Below, piece after piece: positions 1 to 8,045 of a stretch of DNA of 20,000 nucleotides. A program made the translations under genes and the position numbers. Source of the stretch: Malacoraja senta (taxonomy: Eukaryota); assembly GCA_038087875.1 (NCBI GenBank), contig JAXLNO010000039.1, positions 60,896-80,895 on the forward strand. Reading direction: 5' to 3'. The notes beneath the pieces were generated by a model, which saw nothing but the letters and a program-made list of their open reading frames with translations, was not told where the DNA came from and did no database searches. The number at the start of each line of letters is the position of its first letter. Position 1 is the first letter of the stretch.

Positions 1-78
1 AGCCTGCAGCTTTAACTATCATTAGACCGCACAATGTATAACAGCCTAGATAAAAGAAATTCATTTCTAGAATTTCAA

Positions 79-96
79 GACTTGACTTGACTTGAC
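79..96 (+). repeat. (GACTT)n microsatellite, probable 3' tail of a Rex1/Babar-type LINE
   Basis: gacttgacttgacttgac; the same repeat ends the Rex1/Babar copy at 12324-12338. Confidence 0.45.
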
Positions 97-133
97 ATTT
101 ATCATGGGGCAGTACTGAAGCCAGCATTGTAAT

Positions 134-489
134 CCGAAGATAGACACAAAATGCTGGAGTAACTCAGCAAGACAGGCAGCATCTATGGAGAGAAGGAATG
201 GGTGACGAGAGTCAGGGGAGAGGGACATAGAGATATGGAAAACACATATCAAAGGGGACAAAGCTCAAGGACATGTAGAATGGTTCATTGTTAGCTGAGG
301 GGAAGGACAACGAGGCATACAATCAGTAATATTTAGTGAGGAGGACAGTGAAACTAAATTAGAGAACTAGGATGGGGGAGGGATGGAGAGAGAAAGGAAA
401 GCAAGGGTTGCTTAAAGTTATCAAAACCAATTATTCATACTGCAGGGTTGGAAGCTGCCCAGTGAAATATGAGGTGCTGTTCCTCCAAA
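134..489 (-). mobile_element. Penelope-like element 3' fragment (end of GIY-YIG endonuclease, 3' UTR and pseudo-LTR)
   Basis: The reverse complement of 450-489 reads ttggaggaacagcacctcatatttc (LEEQHLIF), matching 5088-5103. 134-205 matches the recurrent agacacaaaatgctggagtaactcagc pseudo-LTR repeat. Confidence 0.75.
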
Positions 490-725
490 CCGCTGGACTT
501 TAAACCACTGGTTCATAATCTATCATTTGACATTACAATATCTGGCAAATTGTAATCCAAGGATGTGTAGGAAGGAACTGCAGATGCTGGTTTATACCGA
601 AGATAGACATAAAATGCTGGAGTAACTCAGCGGGTCAGACAGTATCTCTGGAGCAAAGGAATAGGTGACGAGAAGGGTTTCGATCTGAAACGTTGCCCTG
701 TTCCGTTTCTCCGGAGATGCTGTCT

Positions 726-861
726 TCTTCTCCTTGCGTGTGGCGTGCACAGCCTAAAGTTGTAGGACAACTTGTTCTGTTTGATCTTCTGTTTGTGCAC
801 GCCAGATTGATTGCATTCGACAAAACAGGATGGACCACGTGAAGGTTGCAATCTCCCCCCA
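726..861 (-). mobile_element. 136-bp non-autonomous retroposon (SINE-like, probably Vingi-mobilised) with a 5' HDV-like ribozyme
   Basis: Exact 11-bp TSD agatgctgtct (715-725, 862-872). The minus strand starts GGGGGG and ends CGCAAGGAGAAGAAG. Internal 11-bp stem 741-751/794-804 and 7-bp stem 757-763/767-773. No tRNA A/B boxes seen. Confidence 0.8.
809..860 (-). ncRNA. Minimal HDV-like (CPEB3-type) self-cleaving ribozyme motif
   Basis: Minus strand: GGGGGG A GAUUGCA ACC UUCACGU GGU CCAUCCU G UUUUGU CGAA UGCAAUC = P1, P2 (7/7), P3 (3/3), L3, P3', P1', P1.1 G, vestigial P4, J4/2 with the catalytic C at 819, P2'. P1 is imperfect in this copy. Confidence 0.75.
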
Positions 862-1045
862 AGATGCTGTCTGATCTGCCAAGTTACACCAGCTTTTTGT
901 GTCTATCTCCACTCCATGGAAGTAGGTCATATCAGCTCGTGTAGATTCCTAACCAAGATGTGAGTGTATTTCTTCCCTCTTAGTTTTAAAATATAAATTG
1001 AAGTTCCCCTGGTCACCAGATAGGAGTAACATTATGGTAGACATA

Positions 1046-1270
1046 GGTTTAGGTTTATTATTGTCATATCTAAGGAGGTACAGTGAGGAGCTTTGTTTTG
1101 CCTGCTATCCAATAGTCTGAAGAAGGGTCTCGATCCGAAACGTCACCCATTCCTTCTCTCCAGAGATGCTGTCTGTCCCGCTGAATTACTCCAGCATTTT
1201 GTGTCTATCTCAGATCAGATATGCCATGCAAAGATGCAATCAGTTCAAACTCAAGTACAATAGGTAGAGT
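1046..1270 (-). mobile_element. 3' terminus of a Rex1/Babar-type LINE, split by a Penelope pseudo-LTR (1114-1210)
   Basis: ggtttaggtttattattgtca...ggtacagtga...gctttg resembles 17614-17668. The minus strand carries the tgacaataa tail signature. Confidence 0.55.
1115..1147 (+). ncRNA. Minimal type I hammerhead ribozyme core in a Penelope pseudo-LTR
   Basis: CTGAAGA (1117-1123) A GGGT-ctcg-ATCC GAAA (1137-1140) CGTC; the palindromic ACGT stem III ends in a GUC cleavage triplet. Confidence 0.7.
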
Positions 1271-1348
1271 CGGGTCCTAACCTCTATTTCAGACTGAAAT
1301 AGACCATGTACCTTGCAGACTGCAATCAATCCCAAAATAACTAATCGA

Positions 1349-1833
1349 GAGTTGCTGCCTTACAGTGCTTTCAGCGCTGGAGACTCGGGTTCCATCCCGA
1401 CTACGGGTGCTGTCTGTACGGAGTTTGTACCTTCTCCCCGTGACCGCGTAGGTATTCTCCGAGATCTTCGGTTTCCTCCCACACTCCAAAGACGTGCAGG
1501 TTTGTAGGTTGATTGGCTTGGTTTAAATGTAAAATTGTCCCTAGTATGTGGGAGACAGTGTTAATGAATCTTGATTAGTACGGGTGTCAGGGGTTATGGG
1601 GAGAAGGCAGGAGAATTGGGTTAGGAGGGATGAGGATAGATAAAGCCATGATTGAATGGCGTGGTAGACTTGACGGATTGAATGCGGAGTAGACTTGATG
1701 GGCCAAATGGCCTAATTCTGCCCCTATCACTTATGATCTTATGACTTTAACGTGCAGGGATCGCTAGTCGGTGTGGACTCAGTGGGCCGAAGGGGCTGTT
1801 TGCACGCTGTATCTCTAAACTAAACTAAACTAA
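1349..1833 (+). mobile_element. HE1-like tRNA-derived V-SINE, split by a CR1 3' fragment
   Basis: B-box-like ggttccatcc; V-domain ggtttcctcccacactccaaagacgtgcagg; 3' end gggccgaagggg...ctgtatct followed by (CTAAA)n. The SINE resumes at 1747 after the insertion. Confidence 0.85.
1567..1746 (+). mobile_element. CR1 LINE 3' end inserted in the SINE
   Basis: ggttatggggagaaggcagga...gccatgattgaatggc...gggccaaatggcctaattctg matches the CR1 3' UTR at 10440-10560. Flanked by ttaatg/ttaacg (possible TSD). Confidence 0.8.
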
Positions 1834-2219
1834 GAATAATCTGTTTCTGAAATTATTTTTGTTGAATTGGAGTAAGGGGAGTGAGTTGCTGCACAAACTG
1901 AAAATTAAATATTTTGAATTCTTATGTGTCACCATAGCAAATCATTGAAGTTCCATTGTTCAGGAAAGCAATTGCATTAGTCAGACTTAATTGCTTACGC
2001 CTTAAATTCTTCCCTCGAGTAAAAATCATTATAACCAAAGTCAAAAGTCATGTTATTAATTAAGGAGGAGATGATTTCCTCTGGTGACTTTACAAAGGAA
2101 AACAATTTGAAGTATTTGTGTTGGATATTATGATAAATTCTCCACTCCTCCATATGAATCAGTTGAAATCCTGCTGATATTGTTAAAAATTGTTAAGCTG
2201 GGAAATATATACTATCCTT

Positions 2220-2441
2220 AGGTAGACAGAAAGTGCTGGAGTAACTCAGTAGGTCAGGCAGCATCTCTGTAGAATGGGCGACATTTTGGGTTCTTCATAC
2301 TGGTCTTTGGCTCTGAAAATGGGTAGAGACCCGAAACATCACCAAAACTTTTTCTCCAGAGATGCTGCCTGACCCACTGAGTTACTCCAGCACTTTACAT
2401 CTCTCTTTGCTATAAACCAGTACCTGCAGTTCTTTGTTCCC
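2220..2441. mobile_element. Head-to-head Penelope pseudo-LTR unit with TSD
   Basis: Inverted arms around a degenerate hammerhead ctgaaaatgggtagagacccgaaacatc. TSD atatactatcctt (2207-2219) / atattctatcctt (2442-2454), 12/13 identical. Confidence 0.75.
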
Positions 2442-2483
2442 ATATTCTATCCTTGATTGGTAATGGCAATTGGGAATGTTCCT

Positions 2484-2655
2484 TCCGTGTTATCCAACTT
2501 TTGCATCCATTCCCTACGCACTAGGGGCAATTTACAGAGGCCAATTAACATAAACCCACACATCTTTGGAATGTGGGAGGAAACTGGAGAAACCCACGCG
2601 GTCACTGGGAAAACATGCAAACTCCACACAGACAGCACCCGAGGTCGTGATCGAT
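2484..2655 (-). mobile_element. HE1-like V-SINE fragment
   Basis: tctttggaatgtgggaggaaactgg...aaacccacgcggtcac...cagacagcacccgaggtc matches the other SINE copies. Confidence 0.75.
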
Positions 2656-2934
2656 CACACATTTTTAGCATCAGCTCATATTCTACATGACATTTGTTTC
2701 AGTCAAAAGCTTGCTCTGCAAGCCAAGGGCAGCAACTGTTGAGTCGTGGACAACATTCAACATTAGACGTGAGAGACACAGTGTGGAAACAGTCCTTTAG
2801 ACCCACAGATTATGTTTTGGGTTGGGACCCTTCTTCAGATTCATCCAAAGGTACGTGTGACAATAATGTACCCTTGAACCACTCAAATTATTGTAACCAT
2901 TGACTATTGCTTGTTAATAGTGCTTTGTGATTGT

Positions 2935-3300
2935 AAGGATGTTCCCATTATGTCCCATAGGGGTCAGCACTGGGTCTTTTTCTTTCTGTTGTGTAGATGT
3001 AAATGATTAAGAAAGTAGACACAAAATGCTGGAGTAACTCAGCGGGACAGGCAGCATCTCTGGAGAGAAGGAATGGGTGACGTTTTGGGTCGAGACCCTT
3101 CTTCAGACCCGAAACATCACCCATTCCTTCTCTCCAGAGATGCTGCTTGTCCCGCTGAGTTACTCCAGCATTTTGTGTCTACCTTCGATTTAAACCAGCA
3201 TCTGCAGTTCCTTGCTACACATAAATGATTAAGAAGTTTGGAAGTAAGCTGGAACTTGACTGTGTGGTTGAGAGAGGAGAAGAGAACTATAGTTCTAGGC
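2935..3300 (+). mobile_element. Highly decayed CR1 RT fragment hosting the 3014-3221 insertion
   Basis: gtcccataggggtcagcactggg...taaatgatt...aagtttg resembles the GVPQGSVLGP..IND..KFADD-coding region at 9560-9660. Confidence 0.4.
3014..3221. mobile_element. Head-to-head Penelope pseudo-LTR unit with 14-bp TSD
   Basis: Near-perfect inverted arms. Exact TSD taaatgattaagaa at 3000-3013 and 3222-3235. Minus-strand hammerhead at about 3077-3108 with GAAA changed to AAAA. Confidence 0.85.
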
Positions 3301-3440
3301 ACAGAGTCTTAGTTCAGTTCAGTTCAGTTTTATTTGTCATATGTAGGTTAACACAGGGTCAACGGTACAATGAAATGTGTTTGACAAGACAACGGGTCAC
3401 CTCAGCAATGATATTACAAGGATAAAAATCAACATATATG

Positions 3441-3748
3441 CCCAGACACAGTAAATCGAGGACCAGAGGACATAGGTTAAAGGTAAAAAGATTTAATAGG
3501 AATCCGAGGGGGTCACTGTTTCACACAAAGGGTGGTGGGTGTATGGAACAAGCTGCTGGAGGAGGTAGTTGAGGCAGGGACTATCCCAGCATTTAATAAA
3601 CAGTTAGACAGGTACATGGATAGGACAGGTTTGGAGGGATATGGACCAAACGCGGGAGGAGGGACTAGTGCAGTTGGGACATGTTGGCCAGTGTGGGCAA
3701 GTTTGGCTGAAGGGCTTATTTCCACTCTATGACTCTATCATTCTATGG
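3441..3748 (+). mobile_element. CR1/HER1 LINE 3' end (subfamily sharing its tail with HE1 SINEs)
   Basis: Encodes TRGH..FTQRVVGVWNKLLEEVVEAGTIPAFNKQLDRYM and ends ggctgaagggcttatttcc..ctatgactctatcattctatg. Confidence 0.85.
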
Positions 3749-4009
3749 TCTTAGGGAAAATGTCAATGGATAGATCAGATGGATGGATATGAGTAGGAAA
3801 TGCAAATGCCCCCTGTATACTGGAGCCCGACTCCAGAGGTTTGGGTAATGTTTTGTTGATGGACTGCATTTGCTGGAGGTTGAAGAGTTTCATATTAGTT
3901 TGAACATTAGTTCCATTCCTGTGAGAAGTTTGTCAGAAGTGTGATGCAGCATTGTGATCAGAAAGATTGGAAAAAAAACAACTGGGGCAATAGGGCAGAC
4001 AAAAAGTTT

Positions 4010-4476
4010 AAGAAGGATCTGCAGATGCTGGAAAATCGAAGGTAGACAAAAGTGCTGGAGAAACTCAGCGGGTGAGGCAGCATCTATGGAGCGTAGGAAA
4101 TAGGCAACATTTCGGGCCCAAACCCTTCTTCAGACAATAGGCAGTATGTGTCAGAAGGAATTGCAGATGCTGGTTTACACCAAAGAAAACATTGTCAAGC
4201 ACTGTAACTCCCGTTCCCACTTCCTGTCCTGGGCCTCCTCCACTGTCAAATTGGAGGAACAACTCATAATGAGGCCACAAGCAAATTGGAGGAACAGCAC
4301 CTCATAATTTGCTTGGGCGGCTTACAACCCAGCATCAAGTAACCCTTGCATTCCCTCTCTCTCCATCCCTCCTCCACCTAGTCCTCTTGCCAATTTCACC
4401 ATTTGTATTTCTTCGTTAACACCTCATCCAGAGCCAACAATGGACCATCTTAACCTGCCTGATATCAGTCCGTCCT
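4010..4476. mobile_element. Cluster of Penelope fragments (minus pseudo-LTRs 4010-4185; plus GIY-YIG end and 3' UTR 4195-4476)
   Basis: Pseudo-LTR repeat with a minus hammerhead remnant at 4103-4135; caaattggaggaacagcacctcata (KLEEQHLI) occurs twice, once slightly degenerate. Confidence 0.75.
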
Positions 4477-4970
4477 AACATAGAAACATAGAAACATAGA
4501 AATTAGGTGCAGGAGTAGGCCATTCGGCCCTTCGAGCCTGCACCGCCATTCAATATGATCATGGCTGATCATCCAACTCAGAATCCCGTACCTGCCTTCT
4601 CTCCATACCCTCTGATCCCTTTAGCCACAAGGGCCACATCTAACTCCCTCTTAAATATAGCCAATGAACTGGCCTCGACTACCCTCTGTGGCAGAGAGTT
4701 CCAGAGATTCACCACTCTCTGTGTGAAAAAAGTTTTTCTCATCTCGGTTTTAAAGGATTTCCCCCTTATCCTTAAGCTGTGACCCCTTGTCCTGGACTTC
4801 CCCAACATCGGGAGCAATCTTCCTGCATCTAGCCTGTCCAACCCCTTAAGAATTTTGTACGTTTCTATAAGATCCCCTCTCAATCTCCTAAATTCTAGAG
4901 AGTATAAACCAAGTCTATCCAGTCTTTCTTCATAAGACAGTCCTGACATCCCAGGAATCAGTCTGGTGAA
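4477..4970 (-). mobile_element. Young 5'-truncated CR1 LINE (ORF2 C-terminus and 3' UTR) inserted in Penelope sequence
   Basis: Uninterrupted ORF MSGLSYEERLDRLGLYSLEFRRLRGDLIETYKILKG...TRGHSL...FFTQRVVNLWNSLP; tail (CATAGAAA)n at 4478-4502. Confidence 0.95.
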
Positions 4971-5158
4971 ACCTACCTGATCTCCCAGTGGCTCAGCACT
5001 TCAACTCCCCCTCCCATTCCCAATCTGACCTTTCTGTCCTGAGCCTCCTCCATTGTCAGAGTGAGGCCTAGTGCAAATTGGAGGAACAACACCTCATATT
5101 TCGCTTGGGCAGCTTACACCCCAGCGGTATGAACATTGACTTCTCTAACTTCAAGTAG
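4971..5158 (+). pseudogene. Penelope GIY-YIG endonuclease C-terminal remnant
   Basis: Translates LPDLPVAQHFNSPSHSQSDLSVLSLLHCQSEA*CKLEEQHLIFRLGSLHPSGMNIDFSNFK* (stop 5156-5158). The PVAxHFN...E..LI..L.S..P.GMN pattern is typical of Penelope endonucleases. Confidence 0.85.
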
Positions 5159-5194
5159 AACGAAGATAGACACAAAATGCTGGAGTAATTTATT

Positions 5195-5372
5195 TAGTCC
5201 AGAGTTGTAGCGCGAAAACAGGCCCAGTCTGCGCCGACCAGCGAACCACATACACTAGAACTGTCCTATTCACGAGGAACAAGCTACAATTTTTACCGAA
5301 GCAAATTAACCTGCAAACATGTACATCTATGGAGTGTGGGAGGAAACCGGAGCACCCGGAGCACCCGGAGAA
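5195..5372 (-). mobile_element. HE1-like V-SINE 3' fragment between pseudo-LTR pieces
   Basis: agcgcgaaaacaggccc...gcgccgaccagcga...ggagtgtgggaggaaaccggagcacccggag. Confidence 0.7.
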
Positions 5373-5553
5373 GACTCCTCAGAAATGACCCGCTGAGTTA
5401 CTCCAGCTTTTTGTGTCTGTCTTCGAAAATAGAAACTTTTCAGTTTCTTCAACAAAGTTTTCCAATTAGCTCCAGCACCCTATTCTGTTCCCATTGCCCT
5501 CGCCGCTTCCTTTCTGTGTGTTAATTCTGAAATGTATTATTTCCTAAGTTCTT

Positions 5554-5745
5554 TCAGGAAGTGCAGTCCAGATGATAACAACTTGCAACGTGAAAAAATA
5601 CCCATCTCCCCTTGGCTCGCTTGCTAATTGTCTTAAAACCGTGACCTCTGGTAACTGATTCTCCTGCCAAGATAAACAGTTCCTCCTTGTTTCGTCTATC
5701 AAGATCCCTCAACATTTTGAACAATGACTGTATTAAGAATAGATT
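5554..5745 (-). mobile_element. Old CR1 ORF2 C-terminal fragment
   Basis: Translates FKMLRDLDRRNKEELFILAGESVTRGHGFKT, a diverged version of the CR1 KILKGLDR..LFP..SRTRGH motif. Confidence 0.7.
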
Positions 5746-6295
5746 GGATCTCCGCTGTTGCACTGAAAGTCTGTGACTGTAAAATAGCTCTTACAGGCAA
5801 CTTCACCCTGTCTTTCTCTCCCACTCCTAAAATTAAACATCTAAAAAATATAATCAGTTGATAAGCACTTTGTTTGAAATTGTATAGTTGAAACAGAAAT
5901 AACCGTGAAAGAGTGCAGCAATCCATTTCTTTGCAGTTTCAACAGATGTAATACGATCGTCGTCTTAGAAGCATTGCATGGGATGCCAGTAAAATGAGAT
6001 CCTTGGTTACCCAATAGCTTCGAGCTTATCAACCAAGAGTTCTAACACCTCGAGCAGAGTGTCTGTGCCAAATCAGGGATTAAATGCAGGAATGTCCAAT
6101 AGTTTTAACACTTGCTTGAATTTATTTGAATATAAACTTTTAAGGAGCACTTTGTGCTTTGCTTGTTCATTCACTGGGCTACCACAGTGATGTGACTTCC
6201 TGGCCAGTTGTAGTTCCTTCCTTCTGTTCTGCTTGGTTAAGGTCAGTGTAAGAGCATTTTCATCTCCAGTTGGTTTAGCCTTGATGGACTTAACA

Positions 6296-6543
6296 GGTTC
6301 AGGAACTGGTTCTGGTTCTGGTTGATTACTGCGCAAACACCTCATCAGTGGTTATCTCGCGCAGGTCGGAGTGAGTAGAGTAGCGATTACATTTTGAAGT
6401 TGGCCTTTTTGACCAAGTTGAGGAGATCTAGTTGCTCAATGCCCTTTTTAAATGACTTAACATCGGGAGCAGCGTGTGTTGGGTGGTAACCTATTCCACT
6501 CCCTTATCGTCCTTGGGTAAAGGGAATATTGATAGCAAAGTTT
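6296..6543 (-). mobile_element. 3' end of a distinct LINE (CR1/L2/RTEX-like) with (CCAGAA)n tail
   Basis: Minus strand encodes CYQYSLYPRTIREWNRLPPN/(frameshift)AAPDVKSFKKGIEQLDLLNLVKKANFKM* (stop 6387-6389), then a short UTR with a ctgcgc/gcgcag stem and the tail aaccagaaccagaaccag. Confidence 0.7.
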
Positions 6544-6581
6544 AATGAAATGTAGCCAGTTGATGATGTAGGGAACTGTTA

Positions 6582-6899
6582 TAGCCCTGTCCCACTTGTA
6601 CGAGTTTATTCCAAGAGCTCTCCCGAGTTTTACAAAAATCAAACTCGTGGTAAGCACGGAGAATGAACGTAGCGGGTACGTCGGAGCTCGGGGACGTCTC
6701 TTAGCGCTAATGGCAGGTACTCGGGAAGACTCGCTAACGGCAGGTAAGCTCGGGAAGACTCGAGAAGATTTTTCAACATGTTGAAAAATGTCGAGAGCCC
6801 CGAGTACCGACGAGTGGCCATTACCTTAAATCTCCGAGTTTGAGTCAGGGCAAACTCGGGAGAACTCTTGGAATGAACTCGTACCGTGGGACAGGGCTT
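6582..6899 (-). mobile_element. PIF/Harbinger-type MITE, copy 1 (inverted relative to copies 2 and 3)
   Basis: TIR agccctgtcccac/gtgggacagggct extending imperfectly for about 45 bp; TSD TTA at 6579-6581 and 6900-6902; central palindrome tttttcaacatgttgaaaaa. Confidence 0.85.
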
Positions 6900-7030
6900 T
6901 TAATTACAGTATAATTACAATTCTCATTAGTTGCGCAATGCTTCTGAAGACACATGCCGTGCCACTTTATGTTGGCGAGACAAAGGAAATATTTGAATTA
7001 ATTGATACTGCAGTGGGTTACGACACATAA

Positions 7031-7337
7031 AGGGCCTGTCCCACTGTACGAGGTAATTCAAGAGTTCTCCCTAGTTTGCCCTGATTCGAACTCGGAGAAT
7101 TATGGTAATAGCCACTCATTGGTACTCGGGGCTCTCATGGACATTTTTCCAACATGTTGAAAAAACTTCACGAGCTTACCTCATTTCCCGAGTACCTGCC
7201 GTTAGCGTTACGAGCCGCTAAGAGACATCCCGAGCTCCGCCGTACCCGCTACGTACATTCTACGTACTTACCACGAGTTTGATTTTTTTTAAATTCGGGA
7301 GAGCTGTTGGGTAAACTCGCATAGTGGGACAGCCCCT
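7031..7337 (+). mobile_element. PIF/Harbinger-type MITE, copy 2
   Basis: TIR agggcctgtcccac/gtgggacagcccct; TSD TAA at 7028-7030 and 7338-7340. Confidence 0.88.
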
Positions 7338-7353
7338 TAACCCTTTTATCTAG

Positions 7354-7497
7354 CCTGAAGAAGGGTCTCGACCTGAAACATCACTCGTTCCTTCTCTCCG
7401 GAGATGCTGCCTGTCCTGCTGAGTTACTCCAGCATTTTGTGCCAATGCTGGGTGATAAGCTGCCCAAGCGAAATATGAGTTGTTGTTCCTCCAATTT
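7354..7497. mobile_element. Penelope pseudo-LTR with degenerate hammerhead (plus) followed by a GIY-YIG fragment (minus)
   Basis: cctgaagaagggtctcgacctgaaacatc...ctgagttactccagc, then aagctgcccaagcgaaatatgagttgttgttcctccaatt. Confidence 0.75.
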
Positions 7498-7502
7498 TGT
7501 TA

Positions 7503-7600
7503 ACCATGGTTCAACATGAGACACTCTTGGTTTCTCAGTTAGAAGTCCCATTGCAGAGAACTGAGCGCAGCAACATTTAATCTAAACTCCCTTCTGAGGT
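7503..7600 (+). mobile_element. Probable 5' portion of an ancient SacSINE1/DeuSINE
   Basis: ccatggttcaa..cactct..tctcagttagaagtcccattgcagagaactgagcgca resembles the recalled SacSINE1 head (gtggctcag..cactctcgcctctgagtcagaag..aagtcccactccagagacttgagcac). Confidence 0.45.
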
Positions 7601-7602
7601 TT

Positions 7603-7940
7603 TTCTCAAAACGGTTGGCAGCATCATCAAGGACCCACACCATCCTGGCCACTCACTCATCTCTCCGCTGCCTTCAGGTAGATGGTACAGGAGCCTGAAA
7701 TCTGCAACATCCAGGTTCAGGAATAGCTGCTTCCCCACAGCCATCAGACTATTAAAACTCAACTCAAACAAATCTGAACTTTAATTAGCCTACTGCACTT
7801 TATATGGTTATTTATGTCTGTATATATATATATTCAATGGTATATGGACACACTGATCTGTTCTGTATTTATTTATGCCTGCAATATTTTATTGTGCTGA
7901 AGCAAAGCAAGAATTCATTGTCCTATCTGGGACACATGAC
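7603..7940 (+). mobile_element. Rex1/Babar LINE 3' fragment
   Basis: Encodes SIIKDPHHPGHSLISPLPSGRWYRSLKSATSRFRNSCFPTAIRLL and is collinear with 11985-12316. Confidence 0.88.
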
Positions 7941-8045
7941 GAAAGCCGGTACGGAAATTGGGCCGAAAATTACCCATGAATCTGCCCATGACCGTAGTAC
8001 GTCTTTTTCGTCGAGTGATCTATCTTGCTCGCTATAGAATGTTTG
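7941..8045. mobile_element. One terminus of a probable hAT-type non-autonomous DNA transposon
   Basis: CpG-rich segment ending cgctatagaatgtttg, similar to the terminus cgctataggatcttag of the 18717-18745 element. The other end is missing. Confidence 0.5.

Larger units (their letters stand above)
565..909. mobile_element. Head-to-head Penelope pseudo-LTR pair, interrupted by the 726-861 insertion
   Basis: 565-670 is the repeat in minus orientation. 671-725 plus 873-909 is the plus orientation, with a degenerate hammerhead remnant gaagggtttcgatctgaaacgtt. Confidence 0.75.

Noticed and set aside
6073..6345. 90-aa ORF with a PEPEPVPEP motif as a host exon
   Set aside because: Its start lies in the LINE 3' UTR, and PEPEP is the translation of the (CCAGAA)n tail. 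The rest resembles nothing I recognise.
6340..6350. CTGATGAG on the minus strand as a hammerhead core
   Set aside because: No stem II plus GAAA follows; it sits in the LINE UTR stem-loop.
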